Shown piece by piece: positions 24,975 through 35,920 of a DNA stretch of 45,631 nucleotides. Source of the DNA: Chiloscyllium plagiosum (lineage: Eukaryota); the NCBI RefSeq assembly GCF_004010195.1, contig NC_057719.1, positions 88,901,274 to 88,946,904 of the forward strand, written 5' to 3'. Position 1 is the first letter of the stretch. The number at the start of each line of letters is the position of its first letter. The translations under genes and the position numbers were made by a program. The notes under the pieces are model-generated. The model saw only the letters and a program-made list of their open reading frames with translations, did no database searches and was not told the origin of the DNA.

Positions 24975-27337
24975 TTAGTTTATATACAAAAGATCGGATA
25001 CCTCGCATGAGCTACACACTGGAATCTAATTGAGAGGTTCAGTGTGGTTTACATCAGAACAACAGATACCCAGGAGGGAAGAAACAGACTGGAATTTAAT
25101 CGAAGGGTTTGTTGTGGTTTATATACAGAATAATGGATACCCGTAGTGAGTTAGACTGGAATCTAACTAAGGGGTTGGGTGTGGTTTATGTACAGAACGA
25201 CAGTTACCCGGGAATACGTTCAGATGAAAATTTAATCAAGGAGTTCAGGGTGTATTGTATACAGAATAACAAATACAGGATAGTGATTTACAGGCTGGAA
25301 TCTAATTGAGGGGTTCAGTGTGTTTTATGTATAGAATAACAGATACCTGGCAAACAGTTAGAGATTGGAAACTTATCGAGGTGTTTGGGTGGCTTATTTA
25401 TAACAGACACCAAGGAGAGAGGTATAAACACCAAGGAGTGAGGTCCAGACTAGAATCTAATAGAAGGGATGGTTTATATGTTGAACAACAGATTCCCGGG
25501 CGTGAATTCCAGACAGGAATCAAATCGAGGGTCTTTGTGTGGTTTATATATAGTGGGTGGGTGTTACAGACTAGATTCTAATCGAGGGGATCGGCCTGGT
25601 TTATATACAGAACAACAGATATTCTGGAGTAAGTAACAGACTGGAATCTAATTGAGCGGTTCGATGCAGTTTATATACAGAACAAGAGATGTCCAGCAGA
25701 GAGTTGCTGACTGGAATCTAATCAAGGGTTTATGCGCAGAACAACAGATACCCAGGAGTAAGTTACAGAGTAAATCTATTCAGTTCAGATAGTTTATATG
25801 TTGAGTTTCAGACTGGAATCCAATCGAGGGGTTCAGGTTGGTTTATATATAGAACAACAGATATCCGGGAGTAAGTTACAGATTACAGTATAATCAAGGG
25901 ATTCAGGATGGTTCATGCGTACAATAACAGACACCGGGGAGTGAGTTTCAAACTGGAATCTATTCGAGGGGAACTGGGTGATTTATGTATAGAATAACAG
26001 TGTCCCGGGAGGGAGTTACAGACTGGAATCTAATTGAATTTTTTGCTGTTGTTTATATACAGAATAACAGTTGGCCGGGAGGGTGTTACAGACTGGAATC
26101 TAACCGAGGGATTCGGGGTGGTTTATAAAGAGAAGAAGAGTTACCCGGGAGTGAGTAACAGACTGGATGCTAATTGAGGGGTTCAATGTGATTTTTTGAC
26201 AGAACAGCAGATATCCGGGAGTGAGTTATGGATTGGAATCTAATCAAGGCATTTGGGTGGTTTATGTACAGAATAGACCAGAAGACAATTGAGAAATTTG
26301 GGGTGGATGATACACAGAATAAGAGATACAGGATAATGAATTACAGACTGGAATCTAATTGAGGGTCTGTAGTGTTTTATGTATGGAATAACAGATTCCC
26401 AGGAGTCTGATCCAGACTGGAATTGCAATCCAGCGGTTCACGTTGGTTCATATACAAAATAACAGATTCCCAGGATGGAATTACTGACTGGAATCAATTC
26501 GACACTTTTAGGTAGTTCATATAAAGAACAACACATGCCTGAGAGGGACTTACAGACTGGAAACTAATTGGGGGATTTGGGGTGGTTTGTATATAAAACA
26601 AAATATATCTGGGAGATGGTACAGACAGGAATATAATTGAGGAGTTCAGCGTTGTTGATGTACAGAACAACAGATACCCAGGAGTGAATTACAGACCGGA
26701 GTCTAATCAAGGGGTTCAGGTGGTTTGCATATAGAAGAACAGATACCGGGAGTGAGTTACAGATTGTAATCTAATTGAGTGATTCGATGTGTTTCTATAC
26801 AGAACAACAAATACACAGCAGTCAGTTACAACTGAAATCTAATTGAGGGGTTCGTGATGTTTCTGAACAGAACAACAGATGCATTGGAGTGAGTTACAGA
26901 CTAGAACCTAATTGAGTGTTCTTGGGTGGTTTATATGTAGAATAACAGAGTTTCAAACTGGAATCTAATCGAAGGACTTGGGTTGGATTATGTATAGAAT
27001 AACAGATAACAGGGAGTGAGTTACAGACTGGAATCTAATCAAACGTTTTAGGGTGGTATTCATTTACAGAATAACCCATCCCCAGGAGAGAGTTCCAGAC
27101 TGGAATCTAATTGAGAGGTTCAGAGTGGTGTAATAACGAATGATGGATCACCAGGAGTGAATTACAGATGAGAATACAATCAATGGGTACAGAGTGGTTT
27201 ATACGTAGAATAACAGATATCGGGAAGTGAGTTTCAAACTGGAATCTAATCGAGGGGTTTGTAGTGGTTTATGAACAGAACAACAGATGCTAAGTGTAAG
27301 TTACAGACTACAATCTAATCGAGAGGTTCGAGGTGGC

Positions 27338-28388
27338 ATGGGATTGAGGGTGATTTAATGGTTTGGATCAGAAATTGGCTAGCTGAAAGAAGACAGAGGG
27401 TAATGATTGATGGGAAATGTTCATCCTGGAGTTCAGTTGTTAGTGGTGTACCGCAAAGATTTGTTTTGGTCCACTGCAGTTTGTCAGACCGAGATGAGGG
27501 CGTAGAAGGATGGGTTCATAAATTTGTGGATGACACTAATGTTGGTGGAATTATGACTGTGCCGAAGGATGTTTAGGTTACGGAGGGACGTAGATAAGCT
27601 GCAGAGCTGGGCTGAGAGGTGGCAAATGGAGTTTAACGCAGAAAAGTGTGAGGTGATTCACTTTGGAAGGAGCAACAGGAATAAATGGTAAGATTCTTGC
27701 AGTGCAGATGAGTAGAGAGAAGTTGGTATCCATGTACATGGATCCCTGAAAGTTGCCAGGTTGATAGGTTGTTAAGAAGGCATGTAGTGTGTCAGCTTTT
27801 ATTGGTAGAGGGATTGAATTTCGGAGCCATGAGGTCATGTTGCAGCTGTACAAAACTCAGGTACAGCCGCACATGGAGTATTGCATACAGTTCTGGTCAT
27901 CGCATTATAGGAAGGTTGTGGAAGCTTTGGAAAGGTTTCACAGATGATTTACTAGGATGTTGCCTGGCATGGTCTAATGAGGAAAGGCTGAGGGACTTGA
28001 GGGGCTGTTTTCATTAGAGATAAGAAGGTTGAGAGGTGATTTCATTAAAACATACAAGATGATCAGAGGGTTGGATCGGGTGGACAGTGAGAGCCTTTTT
28101 CCTTGGATGGTGATGGCTAGCATGAGGGTCATAGTTTTAAATTGAGGGGTGATAGATAAAGGACAGATGTCAGAAATAGGTTCCTTACTCAGAGTCGTTG
28201 GGGTGTGGAACACCCTGCCTGCAACTGTAATAGACTTGTCAACTTTAAGGGCATTTAAATGGTAATTGGATGAACATATGGGTGAAAATGGAATAATGTC
28301 GGATAGATAGACTTCAGATTGGTTCCACAGCCCAGTGCAACATTGAGAGCCGAAGGGCCTGTATTGCGCTGTAATGTTCTATGTTCTA
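27338..28388 (+). mobile_element. CR1 LINE, 5'-truncated
   Basis: WIRNWLAERRQRV..SGVPQ..KFVDDT; tail ATGTTCTATGTTCTA. Confidence 0.92.
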
Positions 28389-28880
28389 TTTGTAGAATAT
28401 CAGATATTGGGAAGTGAGTTTCAAACTGGAATCTAATCGAGGGGTTCGGGGTGGGTTATGTCTTAAATGACAGAAACCGTGGAGGAAGTTACAGACTGGA
28501 ATCTAATCGAGGGGTTTCATGTGGTATTGTACATAGAAGGACACATCCCTGGAAGTGAGTTACTGACAGGAATCTAATCGAGGGGCTTGGGATGGTTTCC
28601 ACACAGAATAGTAGATACCCAGCAGTGGTATCTTATCGAGGTGTTTCTGGTGGTTTATGAACAAACAAACAGAACCCTGGACGTAAGTTACAGACCTGGA
28701 ATCCAATTGAGAGTTTGGGGTTCTTTCTATATAGAATAACAGATACCTGGCAGTGCGTTATACACTGGAACCTAATTGAGGGGTTTGGGGTAGTGTATAT
28801 ATGCAGTAACTGATGGCTAGCATTGAGGAAAAGACTGCAATGTAATCAAAGGGTTCCGGTTAGTTTAATATAGAATAACA

Positions 28881-29174
28881 TGGTGGCACAGTGGTTAGCA
28901 CTGCTGCCTCACAGCGCCAGAGACCCGGGTTCAATTCCCGCCTCAGGTGACTGTCTGTGTGGAGTTTGCACATTCTCCCTGTGTCTGCATGGGTTTCCTC
29001 CCACAGTCCAAAAATGTGCAAGTTAGGTGGATTGGCAATGCTAAATTGCCCGTAGTGTTAGGTGAAGGGGTAAATGTAAGGGAATGGGTCTGGGTGGGTT
29101 GTGCTTCGGTGGGTCGGTGTGGACTTGTTGGGCAGAAGGGCCTGTTTCCACACTGTAAGTAATCTAATCTAATC
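28881..29174 (+). mobile_element. HE1/V-SINE-like SINE
   Basis: A box TGGCACAGTGG at 28884, B box GGTTCAATTCC at 28928, (TAATC)n tail. Confidence 0.92.
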
Positions 29175-29780
29175 CAAACACATACCCTGGTGGGAGTTAT
29201 AGATTGGAATCTAATCGAGGATTTTGGTGTGATTTATATGTTGAAGAACAGATACTCGAGAGGGAATTAAAGACTGGAATCTAATTGAGGGGTTTGGTGT
29301 GGTTTCTGTATAAAATTACAGATCCCTTCGAGTAAGTTACAGACTGGAATCTGATACAGAGAGTTTTGGTGTAGTTTATATAGAGAATAATAGGAACCCA
29401 GGAGTGAGTTAAAGTCTGGAAGCTAGTCAAAGAATTTGGGGTACAAAACAACAGACTGGAATCTAATTAAGCATTTTGGGGTGGTTTAGATACAGAATAG
29501 CAAATACCTGGATTGAGTTACAGATTGGAATCTAATTAATGGGTTCAGTTTGGTTTATATGCAGAATAACTGATACCCGGGCGTGAGTTACAGGTTTTTA
29601 TATAATTTGAAGGTTTTGGAGTGGTTTATATATTGAATAACAGTTCCCTGTGAGTTAGGTCCAGACTGGAATGCTATCAAGGGGTTCAGGGTGGTTAATA
29701 TATAGAACAATAGATTCCCAGAATGGAGTTACAGACTGGAATCCATTTGAGAGTTTTGGGGTTGTTTATATGAAGAACAA

Positions 29781-30306
29781 AGCTGAAAATGTGTTGCTGG
29801 AAAAGCGCAGCAGGTCAGGCAGCATCCAGGGAACAGGAGAATCGACGTTTCGGGCAAAAGCCCTTCTTCAGGAATGAGGAAAGTTTGTCCAGCAGGCTAA
29901 GATAAAAGGTAGGGAGGAGGGACTTGGGGGCGGGGCGTCGGAAATGTGATAGGTGGAAAGAGGTCAAGGTGAGGGTGATAGGTCAGACTGGGGTGGGGGC
30001 GGAGAGGTCGGGAAGAAGATTGCAGGTTAGGAAGGCGGTGCTGAGTTCGATGGATTTGACTGGGACAAGGTGGGGGGAGGGGAAATGAGGAAACTGGTGA
30101 AATCCGAGTTCATCCCTTGTGGTTGGAGGGTTCCTAGGCGGAAGATGAGGCGCTCTTTCTCCAACCGTCATGTTGTTGTAGTCTGGCGATGGAGGAGTCC
30201 AAAGACCTGCATATCCTTGGTGGAGTGGGAGGGGGAGTTGAAGTGTTGAGCCATAGGGTGGTTGGGTTGGTTGGTCCGGGTGTCCCAGAGGTGTTCTCTG
30301 AAATGC
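29781..30306 (-). mobile_element. PLE family A 3' portion (end of the endonuclease region and terminus)
   Basis: Homologous to 39005-39550; hammerhead core at 29844-29871. Confidence 0.9.
29844..29871 (-). ncRNA. Minimal hammerhead ribozyme core (PLE family A)
   Basis: Reverse complement CTGAAGA-A-GGGC-TTTT-GCCC-GAAAC-GTC. Confidence 0.75.
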
Positions 30307-31212
30307 TCCACTCATCTTTCAGCACTGTCCACAACTCCATCGACCTTAGTGTCACCTGCAAATTTACTAACTCCTTCTACACCATCATCCAGGTCATTTA
30401 TAAAAATGACAAACAGCAGTGGACCCAAAACAGATCCTTGCTGTACACCATTAGCAACTGAACGCCACGATGAACATTTTTCATCAACTACCACCCTTCT
30501 GTCTTCTTTCAGCTAGCCAATTTCTGATCCAAACCATTAAATCACCCTTACTCCCATGTCTCCGTATTTTGTGAAATAGCCTTCAGTGGGGAACCTTATC
30601 AAATGCATTATGGAAATCCATACACAACACATTTACCCTCATCCACATGTTTGGTCATTTTCTCAAAGAACTCAATAAAGTTTGTGAGGTACAACTTACC
30701 CTTCACAAAACCATGTTGACTCTACCTAATAAACTTATTCCTTTCTAAATGATTATAAATCCTATCTCTTGTAATTGTTTCCAACATTTTACCCCTAACT
30801 GAAGTAAGGCTCAATGGTCTATAATTATCAAAATTTTCTCTAATCCCCTTCTTGGGCAAGGGGACAAAATTTGCTATCGTCCAGTCTTCTGGCATTATCC
30901 CTGTAGACAATGATGAGATAAAGATCAAAGCCAAAGGCTCTGTAATCTCCTCCCTGGCTTCCCAGAGAATCCTTGGATAAACCACATCCAGCCCAGGGGA
31001 CTTATCTATTTCTGCACTTTCCAGAATTGCTGACACCTCCTCCTTGTGAAGCTCAATCTCATCTAGCCTAGCAGCCTGTATCTCAGTATTCTCCTCAACA
31101 ACATTGTCTTTTTCCAGCATGAATACTGACGAAGAATATTCATTTAGCGCTTCTCCTTGGACTCCACGCACAACTTTGCACTACGGTCCACGATTAGCCC
31201 TAATCTTAATCT
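30307..31212 (-). mobile_element. CR1 LINE RT fragment
   Basis: DKSPGLD..YPRILWEAREEI..NYRPLSLTSV; GVQQGSVLGPLLFVIFINDL..KFAGDTK. Confidence 0.92.
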
Positions 31213-31575
31213 AGTTATGGCCGATTGCCTGCCTCTCTTCCACAGTTATGTGCAAGCCCAGGTGTCCCTAGAGAAGGAGCACGTAGTGTCAACCAATACC
31301 TCGAGGTTTTCAGGGGATGGTGAGCACTGCAGAGTATGGAGTACTTTATTTCATCTTCCAACTCTATTTTGATTTTATTCCTGCCCCTCCTTACTTTTTC
31401 ATCACTCAGCATTGGCCTTTGTTGAGGATGGCATCGCTTGTCACTGACCACTCAGGTGTTTCCTTTCTTCCTGGTGGTGGAATACAAATAACGATTTGTG
31501 CACATGATGTTTTTCACTATGTCTTACACCTGCACATATGCACACACAACTTGGGTGCTGGGGAAAAATATATAT
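31213..31575 (+). mobile_element. Tx1-like LINE 3' end (ORF2 C-terminus and 3' UTR)
   Basis: Peptide DCLPLFHSYVQAQVSLEKEHVVSTNT resembles Tx1-type ORF2 C-termini (recalled, not searched). The 3' UTR motif is shared with 24709-24816. Confidence 0.6.
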
Positions 31576-31711
31576 AAACAGGGGTTTTGAATCTCCTCAG
31601 TTTAGGGGACTGACTCTGTGATAGTTCTTTAGAATCTCCAAAGTAAATGAAAGACAAAAAAAAAGTATAACCAGGATATTCTCTTCAGTTGAGAATGACT
31701 CTTGAGTTAAA

Positions 31712-31950
31712 AAAAATCTGGAATTAAGAGACTAATGATGACCATGAATCCATTGTCGATTGTTGTAAAAACCCACCTGGTTCACTAATGTTCTTTAGGG
31801 AAGGAAACTACCTTCTTTACCTGGTCTGGTCTACACGTGACTCCAGATCCACAGCAATATGGTTGACTCTCAACTGCCCTCTGGGCAATTAGGGATGGGC
31901 AATAAATGCTGACCCAGCCAACAACGTGCTTATCCTGTGAATGAAACAAG
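31712..31950 (+). mobile_element. 3' part of an old SINE (SacSINE1/DeuSINE-like)
   Basis: AAAACCCA.CTGGTTCACTAATG..TTACCTGGTCTGG..GTGACTCCAGA..GGCAATAAATGCTG..TGAATGAA matches my recollection of this family; not verified. Confidence 0.55.
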
Positions 31951-32159
31951 AAGTTGGCTGACCGCAGCCAGTGTACTGTGCACTAGTAAATAAAGAATGA
32001 CATGGTGATAGGACCCGGCGTGGGTGCTGAACATACTGCCTTTCCTGAGGAAAGGGGTCTCAGTGAACGAGATGACATTCTATGGACATGTTAATGGAGT
32101 GAAAATGTGTTGCTGGAAAAACGCAGCAGGTCAGGCAGCATCCAAGGAACAGGAGAATC

Positions 32160-32187
32160 GACGTTTCGGGCATAAGCCCTTCTTCAG
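32160..32187 (-). ncRNA. Minimal hammerhead ribozyme core (PLE family A)
   Basis: Reverse complement CTGAAGA-A-GGGC-TTAT-GCCC-GAAAC-GTC. Confidence 0.75.
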
Positions 32188-32352
32188 GGATGAGGAAAGT
32201 GTGTCCAGCAGGCTAAGATAAAAAGTAGGGAGGAGGGACTTGGGGGAGGGGCGTTGGAAATGCAATAGGTGGAAGGAGGTCAAGGTGAGGGTGATACGCC
32301 GGAGTGGGGTGGGGGCGGAGAGGTCAGGAAGAAGATTGCAGGTTAGGAAGGC

Positions 32353-32876
32353 NNNNNNNNNNNNNNNNNNNNNNNNNNNNNNNNNNNNNNNNNNNNNNNN
32401 NNNNNNNNNNNNNNNNNNNNNNNNNNNNNNNNNNNNNNNNNNNNNNNNNNNNNNNNNNNNNNNNNNNNNNNNNNNNNNNNNNNNNNNNNNNNNNNNNNNN
32501 NNNNNNNNNNNNNNNNNNNNNNNNNNNNNNNNNNNNNNNNNNNNNNNNNNNNNNNNNNNNNNNNNNNNNNNNNNNNNNNNNNNNNNNNNNNNNNNNNNNN
32601 NNNNNNNNNNNNNNNNNNNNNNNNNNNNNNNNNNNNNNNNNNNNNNNNNNNNNNNNNNNNNNNNNNNNNNNNNNNNNNNNNNNNNNNNNNNNNNNNNNNN
32701 NNNNNNNNNNNNNNNNNNNNNNNNNNNNNNNNNNNNNNNNNNNNNNNNNNNNNNNNNNNNNNNNNNNNNNNNNNNNNNNNNNNNNNNNNNNNNNNNNNNN
32801 NNNNNNNNNNNNNNNNNNNNNNNNNNNNNNNNNNNNNNNNNNNNNNNNNNNNNNNNNNNNNNNNNNNNNNNNNNNN
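32353..32876. other. Assembly gap
   Basis: Run of N. Confidence 1.
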
Positions 32877-33254
32877 GGGGAAATTGCGGTCTTTGAAGAA
32901 GGAGGCCATCTGGGTTGTACGGTTTTGGAACTGGTCCTCCTGGGAGCAGATGCGGCGGAGACGAAGGAATTGGGAATATGGGATGGCGTTTTTACAGGGG
33001 GCAGGGTGGGAGGAGGTGTAGTCTAGGTAGCTGTGGGAGTCGGTCGGTTTATAGTAAATGTCCGTGTTGATTCGGTCGCCCGAGATAGAAATGGAAAGGT
33101 CAAGGAAGGGGAGGGAGGAGTCTGAGACTTGAGGTTGGGGTGGAAGGTGTTGGTAAAGTGGACGAACTGTTCAACCTCCTCGTGGGAGCACGAGGCAGCG
33201 CCGATACAGTCATCGATGTAGCGGAGGAAAAGGTGGGGGGTGGTGCCAGTGTAA

Positions 33255-34055
33255 TGGGGATACGGTAAAGAAAGGCTTATTGTGTATCTAACCCCATCCC
33301 ATCCATGCTCTGGGAGGCGTTGATGGGGGTACAGTAAAGACAGCTTTACTGTGTGTCTAACCTTATCCTGTTCCTGCACTGGGAGGTGAAAAATGTGTTG
33401 CTGGGCAAGCGCAGCAGGTCAGGCAGCATCAAAGGAGCAGGAGAATCGATGTTTCGGGCATAAGCCCTTCTTCAGGAATGAGGACGTGTGCCAAGCAGGC
33501 TAAGATAAAAGATAGGAAGGAGGGACTTGGGGGAGGGGAGTTGGGAATGCGATAGATGGAAGGAGGTTAAGGTGAGGGTGATAGGCCGGACAGGGGTTGG
33601 GGGCGGAGAGGTCAAGAAGAAGATTGCAGGTCAAGAAGGTGGTGCTGAGTCCGAGGGTTGGGACTGAGAAAAGGTGGGGGGAGGGGAAATGCGGAAGGTG
33701 GAGAAACATGCATTCACCTTGTAGAGGGAGGAGGAGAGCTTCTTCTGCAACCCCTGCACTGGGAGGAGTTGATGGGGATCGTGTACAGAGATCTTTAATC
33801 TGCACCTAACCGTGTTCTCCCCAGACTCTAGGAGATTCAGATGGAGAAAGTATTGAGGAACACATACTCTGTGCCTAATCCAGTGATGGAAAGTGTATTT
33901 GATGAGAACAGGATGGGGGATGTGGGTGATTTGATCAATATCTAACCCCACGCTGAACGTGGCCTGGAAATTTGAAAAGCTACAGTGTAAAGAGAGCTTT
34001 ACCCTGCATCTAACCCCATTCACTACCTGCCCTGGATGTTTTAGATAGGGATAGT
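33255..34055 (+). repeat. Second satellite family, about 69-bp unit, highly diverged
   Basis: Recurring GATGGGG..GTAAAGAnAGCTTTACTnTGnATCTAACCC..CTGGGAG. Confidence 0.75.
33387..33752 (-). mobile_element. PLE family A 3' fragment with TSD
   Basis: 14-bp TSD CCTGCACTGGGAGG (33373-33386, 33753-33766); hammerhead at 33448-33475 with a GAAACATC variant. Confidence 0.9.
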
Positions 34056-34984
34056 TTGGGTAAATGGGAGTCTGCTGAAATGGCAGGAAAACTGAAATAA
34101 TGTGAGATGTGAAGTGATGCTTTTCGGATGTTAGACTGAAGATAAGATAAAATGAATGGTCAAATGTTAAATTGGGAGCAGGAACAAGAAAGCCTCTGGT
34201 TCATTTTTGTTCTGTTACATATCTCTAAGTTTCAGTTTGGCGCTGAAATACTGTCACTGTGGGCAATGTCTCAATAGCTGTTTTCTGTCCTACATTAATG
34301 CATGATCAAAATGTGAATTTTCTTTGCAGAGATAGGAAATGGAGGCAGCTCTTTGAAGGTGATTTAAAATGTAAATTCCAGAACCTGTTTACAATAAATG
34401 TCTGAGACAATGTTACATTTCAACAATGTCTGCCTTCCTTTCCAAGCTCCAAATATCTGAGAGACTCAAATCTACAAAAATTGAAATGGCTCAGCCACTG
34501 ATTTGTGGGTTGTTCAGAATCAGTCAGATTCCTGTGTGGTTTGAATTCCTGTGTGGTTAGGCCCCATCACAAAATCAAGTGTTTCTCAAATACCCCTCTG
34601 ACCTGCTGGGAGTTCAAATTGTGTGTTATCTGCAAATAAAAGGAAATAATGCACCTGCAAATAAACAAAGCTGTAGGATGTAATTCTTTGTCTTTGTTGG
34701 TGTGATTATAGTTACACAGGATTGAAGATAAATGAGGCAGTGCAAGATAGGCAGCATTGTAATCAATATGGTAATGAAATTATAAAAGGATATTAATATC
34801 TTCAGTGAATAGGGAAAATAGAGGAGGACAGTGGTCAAAGTAGGCAATTGGAGAGTCACTAAGGTAGTGTAGTTTATGACTTCAACAAGTGAAGGGTTAT
34901 ATGAGTTTTGGAATTGTTTTCAGCAAAAGAAAACTGATCGCAGGTCAATTTGAATTTTTCAGTGCAGTCTAAGAATAATCTGAT

Positions 34985-35072
34985 CTGAAAGATGTGTTGC
35001 TGGAAAAGCTGGAAAAGCGCAGCAGGTCAGGCAGTATCCAAGGAGCAGGGGAATCGACGTTTGGGCATAGCT
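34985..35072 (-). mobile_element. PLE family A terminal fragment truncated within the hammerhead
   Basis: TGTGTTGCTGGAAAAG..CAGGTCAGGCAG..ATCGACGTTTGGGCATAGCT. Confidence 0.8.
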
Positions 35073-35567
35073 TATATATCTGGGTGCCTGTTATTCTAAA
35101 TATAAACCACCCTGATTAGATATAGCTCCCATCCAGGTTTCTGTTACTCTCTGTATGAGCCACAGCTAAACCCTTGATAAGACACCAATCTGTAAGTCAC
35201 TCTCATGTATTTGTGACTCTATACATAAACCATCATGATCCCCTGAATTAGATTCCAATCTGTAATTCACATTTGAGTTTCTTTTATTCTGCACATAAAC
35301 CAACCAGTCTTTGGTATCTGTTCTATATATGGACTACCATAAATATCATACACACTTACATAAACAAACATACAGATGGACACATGGATAGAAACATGTC
35401 CCTCTGTTTCCATGCTGTACATATCTCTCTCACTCTGACTCACACCCAGGTATCTGATATTCAAATACAAACACCTTCAATTACATTCCAGACTGTAACT
35501 CACTCTCACGTGACTATAACTCTGTATAAAAACCACCGTGAACCCTTGATTAGATTACGGTCTGTAC
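35073..35567 (-). repeat. 70-bp satellite, inverted block
   Basis: CTGTTATTCTAAATATAAACCACC, ATTAGATTCCAATCTGTAA and TTCCAGACTGTAACTCACTC are reverse complements of the monomer. Confidence 0.85.
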
Positions 35568-35569
35568 TG

Positions 35570-35920
35570 AGAGTAAAAATGGTTCTTGATCAATTGGGCC
35601 AGTGGGCTGAGGAATGGCAGATGGGGTTTAATGCAGACAAACGTGAGGTGTTGCATTTTGCTAAGATACACTTGGACAGGATTGTACAGTTAATGATAGG
35701 ATCCTGGGGAGTGCTGTCGAACAGAGACAATCAGAGTGCAGGCACCTGAAAGTGGTGTCACAGATAACGAAGGTGGTAAAGGCAATGTTTGGTACGCTTC
35801 TTCATCGGGCAGCAGATTGTGTCCAGGAATTGAGATGTCACGCCACGGCTGCACAACACACTGGCAAGGCCACACCCGGAGCACTGCACACCATTCTGTT
35901 CACCCAGCCATAGGAAGGAA
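35570..35920 (+). mobile_element. CR1 fragment
   Basis: LDQLGQWAEEWQMGFNADKREVLHF. Confidence 0.85.

Larger units (their letters stand above)
24975..29780 (+). repeat. 70-bp satellite array, block 2
   Basis: Same monomer and orientation as block 1; interrupted by a CR1 and a SINE. Confidence 0.95.
32099..33254 (-). mobile_element. PLE family A, 5'-truncated, with RT; spans an assembly gap
   Basis: PHLFLRYIDDCIGAASC motif; terminus with hammerhead at 32160-32187. Confidence 0.92.

Noticed and set aside
4046..29780. CRISPR-like regular repeats (conserved ACAGACTGGAATCTAAT with variable-looking intervals)
   Set aside because: The intervals are homologous to each other, so this is a head-to-tail satellite. 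The context is eukaryotic and no cas genes are present.
31555..31570. TGCTGGGGAAAA as a terminus of the 4837-5349 LTR family
   Set aside because: Better explained as part of the 3' UTR motif shared with 24709-24816; no further LTR similarity.
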